A stretch of 64,000 nucleotides of DNA. Origin: Octopus sinensis (Eukaryota). The stretch spans positions 88,474,001 through 88,538,000 of the forward strand of contig NC_043001.1 of NCBI RefSeq assembly GCF_006345805.1. Reading direction: 5' to 3'. Positions 40,006 through 54,900 of the stretch are shown here, one piece after another (position 1 is the first letter of the stretch; every line of letters starts with the position of its first letter). The notes under the pieces were generated by a model that saw nothing but the letters and a program-made list of their open reading frames with translations, searched no databases and was not told the DNA's origin. A program made the translations under genes and the position numbers.

Positions 40006-42487
40006 GTCTTCACCTAGGATAAATGAAATCTCAACTGTCTTTTCAATTTTTCTTCTCTCTCTCTCTCTCTCCACACATTCACATAATCTAGCTCACTCAT
40101 AAAACCTAGTCAGCTAGTTTTCAATAACTACTATTTCTGCTGAAGAACTACAATGATATTCTCTCCTGACTTTGTTTTCTGTTTGTTTTAAACTGCATAG
40201 TAAAATAAGTAGGTCATCTAATTTAATTTGGCATTATCAACTGCTTGCTTTACTACTTCAGATCTTCATCTCAATTCCTCTATTAACCTAATTCTATCTA
40301 CTCATCACAAATAATATCTTTCACTTCACACTAATATACATGTAAGTTGAGTCCATGGTCTGCTCTGAGCCAATCTCTATCCCCATGTTGCCATTACTAA
40401 ATCCTTTCAAAATAAATAACTAAATAAGTATGAGTGCTGCAATTATGTATATTCTTAAATATAAAAAAAATGGATATCAAACATGTAAGTCATATGGGAA
40501 ACAGTGCTAGACTATATGGAAGCCTAGTTCAACTTCTACCAGAATAAAACCTTTGCAAGAAGTGCTTGGACTGTAGAATTGTGAATGTGGAGTTACTCAG
40601 TGTTGGGAGGATATAGAAATACTGATCCATATTTGATCCATGAATTAATTATACAAATAACCTGATATTTAAAACCATTGTGACATAGGAAAATTATATA
40701 TTAAATTTTGGTGGCAGGAGTTAACTGCATCATGTTGATTTCAAACATGACATTACAACTTCACTAATTCTTTACCAATCAGTATTTTAGATTAATTTCA
40801 ATTTATAATTAACTTTGATCAAGCATTCATTTTTGTTTACTTTTCCAAATTGTTATCTTCCTATATTCTTCACATTTCAGTTGAAGTTAGTATGAATTAC
40901 TAGGAAGCTGGTTAGTTTTATACAGTTAGAAAAAATTATATGAAAAGCAGTAGAACAAAAAGCAAATTTTAGTGCAATAAATTTTATAAATTAATGCAAG
41001 CAAATCAGACACTTTAAAGATTTTAGATCTTAATTATTGTCAGCATGGCTTGCAAGTCTGGGCCAAGAATGTTTCATGCGAAGAGGTACATTTTTCTTTT
41101 TAGCTAATTTATTTTATTCATAGTTGAAATAGCCAAATATGTTATTTAGTCTGTTATATGCAACTCTCTGTATTCATCTGAGTTTAAAAGAATTCACAAA
41201 TGAAGCAGTGTGATGTAAAACAAATAAGCCATAAGAGAAAGATATAACAAGACCTTTCTCAAAAGAATTGCAAATGTAAGTGAAGTGAATTGGCTTCAAC
41301 TGGGAGTCCAAATCAGTTTACACTCTGAACTTGCTGAGATCTTACCTTTCTCTTTTTTATATTCTCACCTAATGATGATGATTGTTTCAGATTTTTGGTA
41401 CAAGGCCAAGTGTAGTCAATTAAATTGACCCCAACACTAGCCTGGTACTTTGGAGTTGATAAATTCTACCAGTAATAATCATAGTAATGACTTGCAATGG
41501 GTTGCAGTTACTTTTATTATTTCCATCCCAATACTTACCAGGTGCTTATTTTGTCAACCTCCAAAAGTTGAAAGGTAAAATAAACCTTGGTGGTGACCAA
41601 AATCTAAAGTTGTTTTTATTGATTTGTGAGGACTTTTGAGGTTTGAAATTGTCTAAAATCATCAACCTCGCTAAGCAATGCAACTATTTGACTTTAATTC
41701 TTGAAATATCTACATGTTTATAGAACACAAAAGGTGTTCCAATATTTGTATTTAGCACCATACTTGAACTAGGGCTACTATGTCATTATTCATGAAAGCT
41801 TCTTAACAGATGGGTATGTCAAGGATCTTTGAAGATACTAGTGTCTTAGTTCATGTCTACTCAACAGTCAAGGTTTCATAAAACTCCTGTAGAACATGGT
41901 GCTAGCAGCAAGCAGCAAAATGGTAAATTTCACCATGAGAAGCTGGTCATTAAAAGTAACCCCCAACCTTCACCACTCACACACAGACACACATATAGGA
42001 AGTGAAAATCAATCAAATGATACTGTACAATTATGGTATAGTAATTTTCCATTTCCAACAAAAACCTTTAGAAACAGATTCTGAGATTATGTCTTGATGA
42101 AATTCATCACTCTGTCAATTCATATCTTGAAATCATTTTGTAATCATAGACCAGTAGAACTACACTTTAATTGGCTCCTTATAAACATATCATAGCAGAA
42201 TACTGTAAGGTATTGAAGCTGCACTAAAGTTTCAAATAGTTGTTTTCATTTCTCTTCCCTGGGACTTTATTCAAATGATGGTTATTGCTTTCCTCTTCCC
42301 ATTCAATATTAACTATTAAAATCAGATTTCATATAATGCTTGTAGGCTATATGAGCCTGTTACTTTATGGTCTCTCTCTCTCTCGATTTCTGTATAAGGC
42401 CACCTCACTGTTTGTAACTTGTCTTTGTAATGTCCACTTCATCTGAAGGCTCTGTAGCAAAAAAAAGAAAGAAAGAAAGAAAAAAAA

Positions 42488-42520
<33 letters not shown>

Positions 42521-43713
42521 GGATATTAGTTTCTACTTTTCTAACCCTTCTCTTTCAATGTACAACACACTGCAATACAGACACCCCTCTCTAAAACTAA
42601 CCAATACATTACCATTATCTGACACTTTGTCATTTTCATGAAGAGGTGTTCATTGTCTTGTCAGCAGTTGTTACTACTGTTCACTAGTACTACAAATATG
42701 TTTTGCAAGTCAAGTGAAAGATTAATATGACAATATTTTCTATTTTGCCAGCAATTCTACATAAAGAGTTCCAATTTATTTCGTAACTAAAAGGGGTTTA
42801 CAAAAATTCTTTAATATTTGATGGAAATCAACTATAGAACTGTTATTGATTCGTAATCCATTTTAAAGCATGTTCCTTAGTGTGTGTTTGTGTGTTTGAT
42901 AAAAAATATTTTTATATCCCCTCTACTCTCTGTAGAATCTAATCATTACTGAATAAAAGTCTATATTTAACTGTGAAATTCCAGTGAAATGTTACATTTA
43001 TGGTAATAATAAATAATAATAGTAATGATGTTAACAAGAACAACAGTAAAGCTCAGTTTACAGAGCTGTGTGTAATTTATTTTGCAATTTTCCAGCAGAA
43101 TTTCACAACCCAATGTAAGAAGAGGAAGAAAATAGGTAGCTAGGAAATTGCATATTTTATCCAATATCTGAAATGTTTATGTATCTTTCTAACCTCATGT
43201 ATTTGTTTCCAATAAGTCAAAACTGTTTAGCTAGGAAGTTCCTTTTTGGTGTATAAGGTGGGGTAAGGTGGGTATAGTTATTTTCACTGTAATTCATTGA
43301 TTTTAGGACATATTCGTTAAAAAAAGGTTAATCATATGCTGCTGCATTATGAATAAAACTTCATTTAGTGGGTTTCAGCCTGCATTTGAATCCTCTTATT
43401 AAATCTTATCTTTGAATTATGAACATTCAAGAGTAAGATATGGAGCTTAACTGTTTTGATACCAAACACGCAAGATATAACTTATGAGTCTAAAGTACAT
43501 CCAGTTTTCCAAGTGCTCTCACACGAATTAAAATCCTTCATTATTTTAAGAATCTTTTGTTATGGTCAAACACTAACTTAATCAGTTATTAAAATAATGT
43601 TAGTCATTTTACAAAACCTGTCCAAAATCTTAATTATTTACAAAATTCCTTGAAATGTAGGGACTATATGTTTTTTAAAATATGGCAATTAGAAAAAGAA
43701 GTATATCAATTAT

Positions 43714-43938
43714 TTAACCCTTTAGCATTCAGATTACTCTGTCAAATGCAATTCTTATTTATTCATATTACTTTGAATTAATCATGTATCTTAGGCCTTT
43801 AAGATTTTGATGAGGTGATTGTTTATTTTTAAAATGACATTGTAGGGTAGGTGTGAGAAGTTTGATCTTACCAGTTTGAACAAAATACAGGTAGAATATT
43901 GTGGCCAGATATGGCTGGTTTAAACTCTTAAGTGCTAA
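43714..43938. mobile_element. Possible TTAA-flanked (piggyBac-like) MITE
   Basis: Left end TTAA-CCCTTTAGCATT; right end only a degenerate match (AAACTCTTAAGTGCTAA). Confidence 0.4.
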
Positions 43939-44927
43939 AATGAAAAAAGAAATTCAGTTACCATAAAATGAAATGGAAAAATAACCAGTCCTCTTTTTTC
44001 AATTTGTGTATGTATGTGTGTATGTATATATATATGTATGTATGTATGTATGTATATTTATATTTCTCTCCAAGTCTAAAAAGCTCAACAATGTTTTATT
44101 TTATCAAATATGTGTCAATCAGTTAACTGTTGAATTAATTTTTGAACAATGCTGCTCTACATCATCTTTTTTTTTTTTTTTACATTTTTGAGTTGTTATA
44201 CAGGATTAAACTCACTAAAACTATGCAAAACAGCTGTATTTTGAATTATTATTACTACTGTAACAGACAGTATTCAATTGTAAAATTGATGAAAAGAAAA
44301 TTCTTTTTTCCAAACTAATTTTTTTTCTCTTTCTCTTCTTGAATGTTTTCTGCCACTATACTTGATAATTCAATCAACAGACTTCCATGTTAAAATGTCT
44401 CACTGTCTGAGAGACATCATTATCAAAATGGTAAACAGGGATTAAAATATTAATCTCATCTTGTTAAGGTTTTATTCTTATTTTGATTTTATTTTAGTTT
44501 TAATGCTGTGTTTTTATCCTGGTGAATTTTTTTATAGTCTTTGGGTACAATTAATTTTTTTTTTTTATATTCACACCTATCTTTGAGTCAAGATAGAACT
44601 CAGAATACTTTATACCACTTACAGTGTTCAAATTTCTTATTCTCTATACTTTTCTACTCAATGGATAAAAAATGCCAGATCCGGTACATTGCAATTAAAG
44701 TTGGTGAGTTCATTGACAAGGTAAAGGAAAGTGTGTGCGTGCGTGCATGTGTGTGTGTGTGTGTGTGTGTGTGCGTGCATGCGTGTGTGTGTGTGTGTGC
44801 GTGTGTGTGTGTATGTTTAAATCACCTGAAGACACTGAAAATATGCCAGTTGGAATGATAAAACATAAATAACAGGTATGACTTAGCAGAGTTGATGAGT
44901 TCATTTGCATGGCAAAGAAAAGCATGC

Positions 44928-44964
<37 letters not shown>

Positions 44965-46504
44965 GCACCTAAGACACCTTGAGTATATGCCAATTGGTAT
45001 GATAGAACAGAAATAAATATCTAAAACACAAGTCTAAAGAGTGGTGTTATCAAACAAAAACTAACCTCTACTGCTAATGTATTGACATGTTGAAATAGTT
45101 CATGTGTTAAAACAAATTTCTTTCTACCTCTTGGGAAAAGAGTTCTCAGCTACATGTTTGCCACACATAAATAGAGTTGGATAAAAAAAAAGACATGTAT
45201 AAAAACTATTAATATTTGTCCTTTCAATTTCCCTTTTCTGTTTCATATTCACAAATTTTCCCTTTTTTGAATGATCTGCATAGCATTTTGATATCATATT
45301 AATCTTTTTAATTTCAAATGTTCATAGTTAGAATTTTTAAATTGTTAACACATTGTTTCATCTTGAGATTAATTTCCCTCTCAGCTATTTGGTCAAGAGA
45401 ATGAAGGACTATATATTTAGTAGACATAGGTATTTCTAAATTAATTTGTTTAATTTTCTTCTTTTCTTGTATTCTATACTCAATTTTTTGAAATTTTTTT
45501 ATTATATTACTCTAACATTCTCTTTTAATTTTTTTATAAATATATAAAATCTTGATATTTTGCTGTTACCTTTTTTCAAATTTAATTTAGAAAAAAAAAG
45601 TAAATTTTATTCTTGTTTGCTCTTTCAAAAGCAGTTCACTTTTATATTCAAATTTTATATTTTATTGAATATTTTTAAATTTGTTGAAATGTTCGCATAT
45701 GATTCTTTTTTTAATTTCTTACTGCTTTTTTTCTTTATTTCCACTATAGTATTGCATTTCTCAAGAAGTTAAAAAAAACATTAGCTGACTTCATTCACTT
45801 ATTCCTAATATTATTTCTCGTGTAAAATATTACATAATTTCATGAAACGCTGGTCAAGAAATAAACTTACCTTATTGTCTCATTGTTTTGAGAATAGGAA
45901 TATAGACTTATGCTCCTTTTAGCCTATCTTCCTGTACTGAAAATAACTCCAATTGAGACTAAGTTGTGTTTGCAGATCTGATGTTCAACTTGGTGTTAGA
46001 GAGTTTGTTAATTTGCACCAAAAAAAACATTTTTAAAGCATTTAAACTTTTCAAAGTATAATTGTAACTCTGATTGTACTCCTGCAACGAGCTGTATTGA
46101 TAACTGTTAATTCTGCTAATCTAATAACATTATTATAAATAATATTTTCCTGACTTCTGTTTCCACTTTGAATCATAAAATGTTTTTGTCATTAGAAAGA
46201 CCTATTACAAACTGCAAATTGACTCAATCACATTAATGATTTTAAAAAAAAATGTTATGTTTTTGGTTGGAAATTACCTTCAGCTTGTCAAAAAGTTATA
46301 ATATTATATTTTTCCGAATTTTTTTTTTTGTGGGGGGGGAATGCAAATTTTGATTTAAAACTATAAATTTTAAAATCATTTCCAAATAATAATGATAATT
46401 TGTAAAATCAAGTCAGAAGTTTTTAAGTTATTGGTTTGGCATACATGACATATATGTTTATATATTGTTCAACTTAAGTTCAACTAAAGATTTGTTACAT
46501 AAAG

Positions 46505-46701
46505 TGTTATTTCTTGGCTAACGGGTCATTTATCTTCCTTTCTTTTTTGCTTTTCTCGTGGGAACATTATTTGCAATGTTGCCGCACGTTATTCTAACAT
46601 ATATATATACACACACTTATATATATACATATTTTTTTTTTCAATATTTATTTCATTTATTTCTACCAATCTGCCTCCCTACTTGCTGTATCTTGTAATA
46701 G
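46505..46701 (+). promoter_or_regulatory. AG-exclusion zone with candidate distant branch point for the DFG exon
   Basis: No AG from 46505 to 46699. ggCTAAC at 46516-46522 is followed by a pyrimidine tract (~46529-46557). A second CTAAC lies at 46594-46598. Confidence 0.65.
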
Positions 46702-46812
<111 letters not shown>

Positions 46813-48075
46813 TAGTTATCAAGTTTATTCATTCTGTTAACATCTCAAATGCATCATTCAAAACAAATTATCTTCTGTTCACTGTTATTACTGATATATT
46901 TCTTTACCTTCATGTCACAAACAATTAAAATTGCATGTGTGGAAATGTTGCTCAGAATTAGAAAGTTTTAAAATTTACTTTCAGAGAAGAAGAAAAAAAA
47001 GATAATCCCACCATTGCTATCGTCATCATCAACCCTGCCAATCATCGTCATCTTCATCATCATTATATATGCATGCTCACAGAGCACACACACACACACA
47101 TTGATAAATCCAATAATTAAATGTGCGAAGTTAAGAATAATAACTGCTAGATTCTTACAATATTCCAGTCATAGCCAGATATTTTAATCTCAACTCATCT
47201 GTCAACATTTATACAAAATGTTACAAGTTAATCTTTCAAGTTATTTTCTCATCTTTTTTATGTTTCTTGTCAAAATTGCCTTTCAGTCTTCTGTTCATCT
47301 AAAACCATATTTTTTTTGAAACATTTGTTTTCTTTTTACTTCGCTTTAACTATTCAAAAAGAAAGCTGAATGAGAAGTTCTTCGTTAGGGTGGTTTTTAC
47401 CCAAGTTTCCAATATACCTTCCTGAGTAACTCTTTCTAAAGATGTTTCTGTATTTCCACAATGTCTTATTTCTGGTTTATCCAGTTATTGTCCCTGTTGA
47501 GATCTAACAGAGCAACAACTATCTTTACAATATCTTATAGAATTTTGTATCAAACATGGAACATTTAGAAATGTTCCATGTGTATCATTCTGCTACCCAG
47601 ATATTGAATTGTTGAAGTTTTAAGTTGAAGCTATGAGTAACCATCACTAATGTATTAAACAGCTAGTTTAAAGTACTATTTTCCCTTCAGTATGGTGTTT
47701 ATTTTGTCAGTTATTTCACTCTGTATTTCCTTGTGTTCTTAAATTCTATGAGCAATTTTAAGAATTCACATTCTTTCATTTCACTGTGAATCTGGCCATG
47801 CTGGAGTACCAAAGTATCAGAAAACAGATTTTTTCTTGGAAATACTTTCAAAAATTTAAAATGTGTAAGGCTTATTACTCTTGTTACTGTCTAACCCCAG
47901 GTTAGCCTTAATTAAGCAGACCTATGATAAGTTATTGACCAAATGAAGAGGTGTGAGCTTCAGATCTACCTACCCAGTCACATTTTTTCTCTATCAAGCT
48001 CAAGAGCATCCAGTATGTTTCATATATGAATACATCTATATAAACAATATGATTGAAGATAGAAAGTAGCTAATG

Positions 48076-48121
48076 GGTATATTATGCATATTTCAGGAGT
48101 TATTGCTCCTTCTTCAGCACC
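48076..48121 (-). ncRNA. Minimal hammerhead-like motif (Penelope/retrozyme type)
   Basis: Minus strand reads GGTG-CTGAAGA-AGGAG caataa CTCCT-GAAA-TATGCATA-ATA-TACC: intact core boxes, 5-bp stem II, palindromic stem III, 4-bp stem I. Confidence 0.55.
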
Positions 48122-48862
48122 ACATCCAACCTATTAACCACCCACACACATATTGTTTAAACATCCACTAAATTTAATGGTATAACAGTACTAGATAGAC
48201 CAACTTACATGTTAAAAACATTCCTGGCAACTGGTATGTACATATTAATTGCTGGTAGGGATACCTATTTTGTTTTGCAACCATAATATACTACCAAGTT
48301 TATTAATGGTTTATAAGCCAATAAGGTGTCCTACTTTTTGTGTTAGCAGTGTAATGAGGGAAAATTGTTGTTTCAAACAAAAAGTATCATCTGGAATATT
48401 GTTCCATATTGGTTTCTACTCATTACAACAAGTTGCTTTTATGACTTGGCTCTCATATGCGATCAGTAAAATGAATATCAGTCAAATTACTGGGGTTGAT
48501 ATAATTGATTTGAACCCTTTAAGAAGTTCCCTAAATTGTGATAATTTAGTGATTAAAACTAATGAAAAAATGTAATTATATATAATGACTGCATTCTTTC
48601 ATATGTTATTATATTATGTTAATATGCATAAATTCAGTTTTCATTTCTACATAAAATATACATATGTATATATATATGTATAGAATATATATATATATAT
48701 ATATATAAATGAGGGTGAAAAATTTGATATTAATTTAATAATACCATCAATTTAACACCAAGTGGCTTAGCACATAAAAACCAACAATCTTTTAGTGGCT
48801 ATACCATAGTGGATCTATATTTAGCACTAGAGTAGACCACATAGTAGTCGCTCTCTCATATT

Positions 48863-48921
<59 letters not shown>

Positions 48922-51900
48922 AGAATATATATATATATATATATATATATCACTCTAATAATTTCATAACTTGTGATGTCATTAGACCATTCTGACAATA
49001 TCTTCTTCTTGAGTCCCTTTCTTGAAATAATTTTGCTTTTAACTTTCAACTTTATCACAATTTTCTGATCTTCATATTATTTTTTTCAAAGAAATAAAAG
49101 CAAATAGCAGTATAAAGAATGAAAAGAATGGAGATGTTCGGTAAAATTTCAACTGGCAATTATTATGAAATTTCTTTCTTTTATTCTTTCTTCTCATTTT
49201 TGTTTTTATTTGAAAATAGGTTGTAGTTTAAATTAAATAATTGAATAAGGTCACATCTATGTTGGAGATCATTAGTGCTAATGATAAATGTAAACTTACT
49301 GAAGTAGAATGTTATTTCCATAATATTCTGATTCACTGTCACAGAACTGCAAATCAACAGTGAAGAAGGAAATCATAAAAATGTTAATAGAAAGTCATCT
49401 TAAAAATTGTTAGATGAGGAAAAAAGAAAATCAATTATATTCTTTCAAACCTGTATCTTCTTTTGCTGTTAAATGTAGTATTTGATACAGTAGATCATGG
49501 GATTGTCGTGGAGGACTAGGCATATCTGGCAGTGATTTGTTTAACAATGGTTCATATCTTATATTAAGTTCTGTATTATTCCAACAGAGGTTGTTAATAA
49601 AATGTGGCCAGAGCTATTATCAGATCTTGCAGTGTAGTTGAATTTTCAAAACATGTTGCCCTATTTAATGTACTTTCATCCCACAACTGAACTAGATGGC
49701 ATCAGTTTTAATGAACACGGCTGTGCAAATAATGATCAGTCTCTCAAGGCATTCCATACTTATCTTTACTATGATGCAAAATAGATCTAGCAACCATTAT
49801 AGCCAAGAAATGGATAAATGATCAGTGCTTCAAATTACACAATTGCAAAATCACAAGGAAAAAATTACTTCTTCCCTTTTAATAAAGGCAGTAAATTTGT
49901 GATTGATCCCAGCTGTTTCAAAATTACGAATATATCTGTCAAGATACAAATCTAGTGGGGGAGAGGTTATCTTGGACTTTCATTAAACATATCAATCAGT
50001 TGCTTGCCCTATCTCTGCTTTATAATAAGTAACTTCAGGAAATTCCCCATCTTCATTTTCAAAATATACGTTATAACTTCCTGTAACTACTATGTTTTCA
50101 AATAACTTTGGCAGATTTAAAAAACTTAAAGCAATTGTGTTTATGTGGTTAAAATCCTTCTTAATAGAAGTACATACTTCACTAGTTATCAGTAAAAGTG
50201 AGTATATACTTCAAAACAAGTACATACTCCACATTGCACATTCTACATTGGTTAGCTATATAGTCATTTTAGTCATTAGTCATTTCCAAGAGTATTAATT
50301 CTCTGGTTCCTTCAGAGTTGATTGATTTCTACCAATTTAATTGCAGTTTGTTTTCAACTGTCAACTAGTACCAGATGTCAGCAATAGTTTTCTACCATCC
50401 CTAGTTAACAATGATATGAAAATCATACGGAACACTTCAGTGTAAAGATGGAGAATACACTATGACTAGACACTCAGAAATTATTGTTTTAGAGTTCAAA
50501 AGGAAGCTACAATATGTATTTTTATTATACTTTTAATATTATTATTTAAATTATTTTACTTTCAAGTTATTATTTAACAACAACAGAGTACAATTAAACT
50601 ACATAGATTGGTATACATAGTAGCAACTGTACAATATAAGTGTTGTATCATCATTTTCAAGTAGTATCATTATTATCATTCATTTAGTGTTAAAAATCTT
50701 TTTTTTTAATTCCTTTTATATCGTTTGTATTCTGTTAAATATTATTTAAACTTATCTACTTTATAATAAAAAGCACACAATTCCTGTGTGTTTCCAGTGC
50801 TAGTTAACTGACTAAATGGTCATGAGTTGAAATCATATTAAGGTCATTGTGCTTCAGTTGTCACAGCACACAACTCATTGTGTCGTGGCACATTCTCTAC
50901 TACTTCATAACTGAGTTGAATTGTCACCAACTTAAAAACAATTTTTCTTGAAATATTCTGTTGAAATTTGGAAATGTCACTTCTCCCATACTAGCATAGA
51001 AATCTGGATTTCAAAGGAAATTGTAAAACTTAAAATATTTTCTATTTGAACATGTTGTTGAATACTCACTACAATAATTACTCAATCACTGAAAGATAAT
51101 GTGCCTGTTTTTTGCCATTTGTTTGCTTGACAGATTATGTCAGTGTCTATTCTTCAATCTCAGGGTCTACTAATAACAAGTTATAGACTTCTATTAACAC
51201 AGTTACTAAGAAAAATTATTTTTTCTCTTTCTTTTTTATCAAGTCGTGATATATTTTAAAGTAATTTAAGCTCTATTTGAAAAATTGAAAGTTTCACCCA
51301 AAACAAAATTACTACAGAAATATGTTCACATGCATAGATGCAGAGCAATTTTTCATTTTCCCTAAGATATTGCTGTTTGCAACAGTTGGGAAAAATACAT
51401 AAAACTAATACATATTGCACTTTGACTGGTTGTAAAGCTTTCAATCTTCTGTCTGATACCTCAAGTCCTTCATCTATAGCAGTATCTCTCATGATACCAT
51501 TGTAAAGGAAAAGTAACAGTAACATAACACTACATTAATTAATTTCTTTTGATATTTATTTATTTATTTTTTCATTATGTACAGAAAAATTTAAGAAAGT
51601 CTGTATCCTTCAAATGAAAAATACAGATCTCTTTGAAATATTTTACAATTTTTAGATAATTCTTTTCTCATTTTAAACTCCATTTTGGTTAAATTTCAAC
51701 TTTATCAGTCATTTTTCAACACTGCATCACCTCTGTCATGATGTTGTGTTGGTGTACACTCTCATTGCTAAAACATAACAAAAAGTCAAACAGAAACATT
51801 GTCTGTTCATATTAATTATTATTTCTTAACAGGAAAAAAAGAAACTAATTAACCAAAATGTTAATCGGATCTATTAGTGAGATATCTCATAATCAATTAT

Positions 51901-54900
51901 TTATGAGATTTTTGCATTATATTAGAGATGGTGCCTTCTCAACTTATCTTTCAACACAACCATGTGGAAACTGAATATCATTTTTTTGACTTCTAGTCTT
52001 TTCTTAACCCATTTAATAATTGTCTTTCCTCCAACCTGATAATACAATATGATTAATCTACTATGTTGTTGTAATGGCTTGGTAATCTATTTCTTCACTA
52101 TGCACTGACATCTCTTGTCATGGAAGCCTATCTCATTTCATTCACTTCTTGTCTTTAACGTATTTAAAATGTAATTTCATTCTTCTGAATAGCATTAAAT
52201 AGCTCTTTTATAGTCTCTTTCTGTTCATATTTTCATTATAGTTGGATTAAGAAAAGGTTTATATATATGTTATCTGCATATACATACAGATGTGTGTGTG
52301 TGTACTTCTATAATTCTAGATTGATCAAAGCTTTGTGAGTGGATTTGGTAGATGGAAACTTAAAGTAGCTCATCATATGTATGTGTACGAATGTGTATCT
52401 GTCCTTTTAACATGATATTGTTCCATAGGTGAAAATGCACATTGCCATCATACAACCAGTGTCCCTTGTTTCCAATCTGCCATGAAAACATGACAGGCAA
52501 GGAGGAGTATTACCTTGTTTGGAAACAGGTGAAGCTGGCAACAGGAAGGGCATCCAACCATAGAAAATCATAAAGTGGATTTGAAAATGATAATGCTGGC
52601 ATTAATATGTTGGGATGCTGATGATATGCATACATGTGTATATGTGTATACATATATGTATATATGAATATGTATGTGTGTGTACATATATACTCTATGA
52701 TGACATCATGACTATTTTTTGTATGATCATTTGCTATTTGTTTTAAACTATTTAATAAAAGATTTAACTTATATCTTGGTATCTCTGAAAGCTAAACTAT
52801 AGATGGTTAAAACTGTTTGAAGATATGATGGTAAGCTGTATCTGTACAGCCTGTAACATTATGTCTTTAGTAAATCTAGTAACATCTCACTAATGCAACA
52901 TGCCAAATGTCTGTTCCAAATGAAAATATATTCCCTTTTCTCATATTTCAAATGGTTTTGACAGTGTTTATGGCCATGTCAGTTACTCAGCATGCCAGTC
53001 TCAATTATAACACTTCTCTGAAGACATTTGCAGTATTGATTCTTGCAAATTCACTCATATTGCAAGAATTTCAGTTATTATAGTTGCTGGGAAATTGAAT
53101 TTTAAATTTCATATTTCTACTTAAAAAGTTAAATTTCTTAATTATTTCCAAATGATGATCGATTTTTCTATAACTCTTCCAGTTACTGGAGAATTTATGT
53201 GAAGGAGAACATTTTCTGAAATTTTGCCTTAATATTTATAATTAAATGCTTTTGAACTCATTTCAATTGTATCATTGATATTCAGTGCTTGTTTTACAGC
53301 TTTTCACTTCTGATACAAATTATATTGTTCCTCTTATTCTAAAATCAAACAGAAGCTTGGGCTTCTGTTTGATTTTTCTCAGTTTGATATATCATTCCAT
53401 GATGAGTCTCACCTATTTCAAATCTCCAGTTCAAAAGCTTATTATAAGATCCCTGGAACCTACCTTATGTTGTTGGCATAATGAATACAAATATAACACT
53501 CAAATTATTCCAGAATATCTTATTTAGCTATTAACATATTCCAAGCAGTTCCAATTTCTATAAATCTTTTTGAATTTTAACAAATCCCTTCCCATTTTTT
53601 ATGTTGTTGATGCTGGCTGACATCACTAGTTTACTGGGTTTCTTCGTTTTTTTTACCTCTCACATATTTCTGTTATGTATTTCTCCGACTCACAAGTCTT
53701 CAACATCAGTAAAAATCTGCTTAAGACATTACTTCACCTCAGACACAGCTTATTTCAAGTAACTGAGAAACATCAAAAATTTATATAATTTCTTATTTAG
53801 CATCATGGCATAGGATATGAAGAGTTGCAACTGGAAGACTTATATAGTACAGGAACTTGTCCAAAGGGAGATTTACATATGGGAGCAGAAAGTAAAAAAC
53901 AGCAGAATATTTAGTGTGGGATTTGAAGGTCAGAATAAGTATGAGAAGTAAAGATGTGGGTTCCCTAAGTTGAAGTCAAGGCAGAATGTGGTGGTAGAAC
54001 TAATGGTAAAATGGTACTGTACTCTGAGAAAGTGGGTTTATTGTAAGAAGAACATCATAGATTAGCAGTTCAAATATTTTGCGAATACAATCTTGGCCAT
54101 CAAGTGATGAAAGGATGTGGTGTGCTGTGATTATATTCTGTAATATTTAAAGGAAACAAACAATATTTACATATGCATCTTGGAGAAGAAGGGCAGAATG
54201 AGTTGCTGGTGTGAGTTCTCACAATATGGTCTATTTTCATGTTAAACAAAACAGCTTTAAGTTATCTGAAATATTTTCATTTAGATTCACCTGTCTCTAT
54301 TCTCTAATTATTATCCACCTCATTTTTAATGTCTTTTCTTACTGGAATAAAACTAGATTGCTAAACCATTCCAAATTTTATCAACTATGGATAAGTCAGT
54401 GTGTGTATATATGCATGTGTTTGTGTGTTTGTGCATATGTGTTATTCATCCTTCATTGTTGTGGATGATGAAGTCTCAAAATTGACTAGTATATATATAT
54501 ATATATATATCGTCATTGTGATCATGTTAAAGGATGACATATCTATCTATCTATCTGAGTGTGTGTGTGCATGTGTATTTTTGATGATATATATATTTGA
54601 TGATGATGATATATATATATAAATCTCAATAATCATCACCATCAACATTTTACATTCACTTTCCATGCTCACGTGGGGTGGATGGATCTACAATGTTCAA
54701 TGTACTGGAAGGCCGTATCTTGCTCCGTTTCTAAGTTTTGGCATCTTTTCTGTGGCTAGTTGTCCTTCTTAACACCAACCACTTTATAGTGGGTCCTGGC
54801 TATTTTAAAACTCTTTTTGCACTAGCACTAGTGAAGTTGCCTTATAATTTGCTGGACAGGGAGATACGACAGGAGAGGGGGAGGTGACTTTAGACAAGGT

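Noticed and set aside
44821-44858. CTGAAGA-CACT-GAAA minimal hammerhead candidate
   Set aside because: No stem II, and no convincing stem I or stem III with an NUH triplet.
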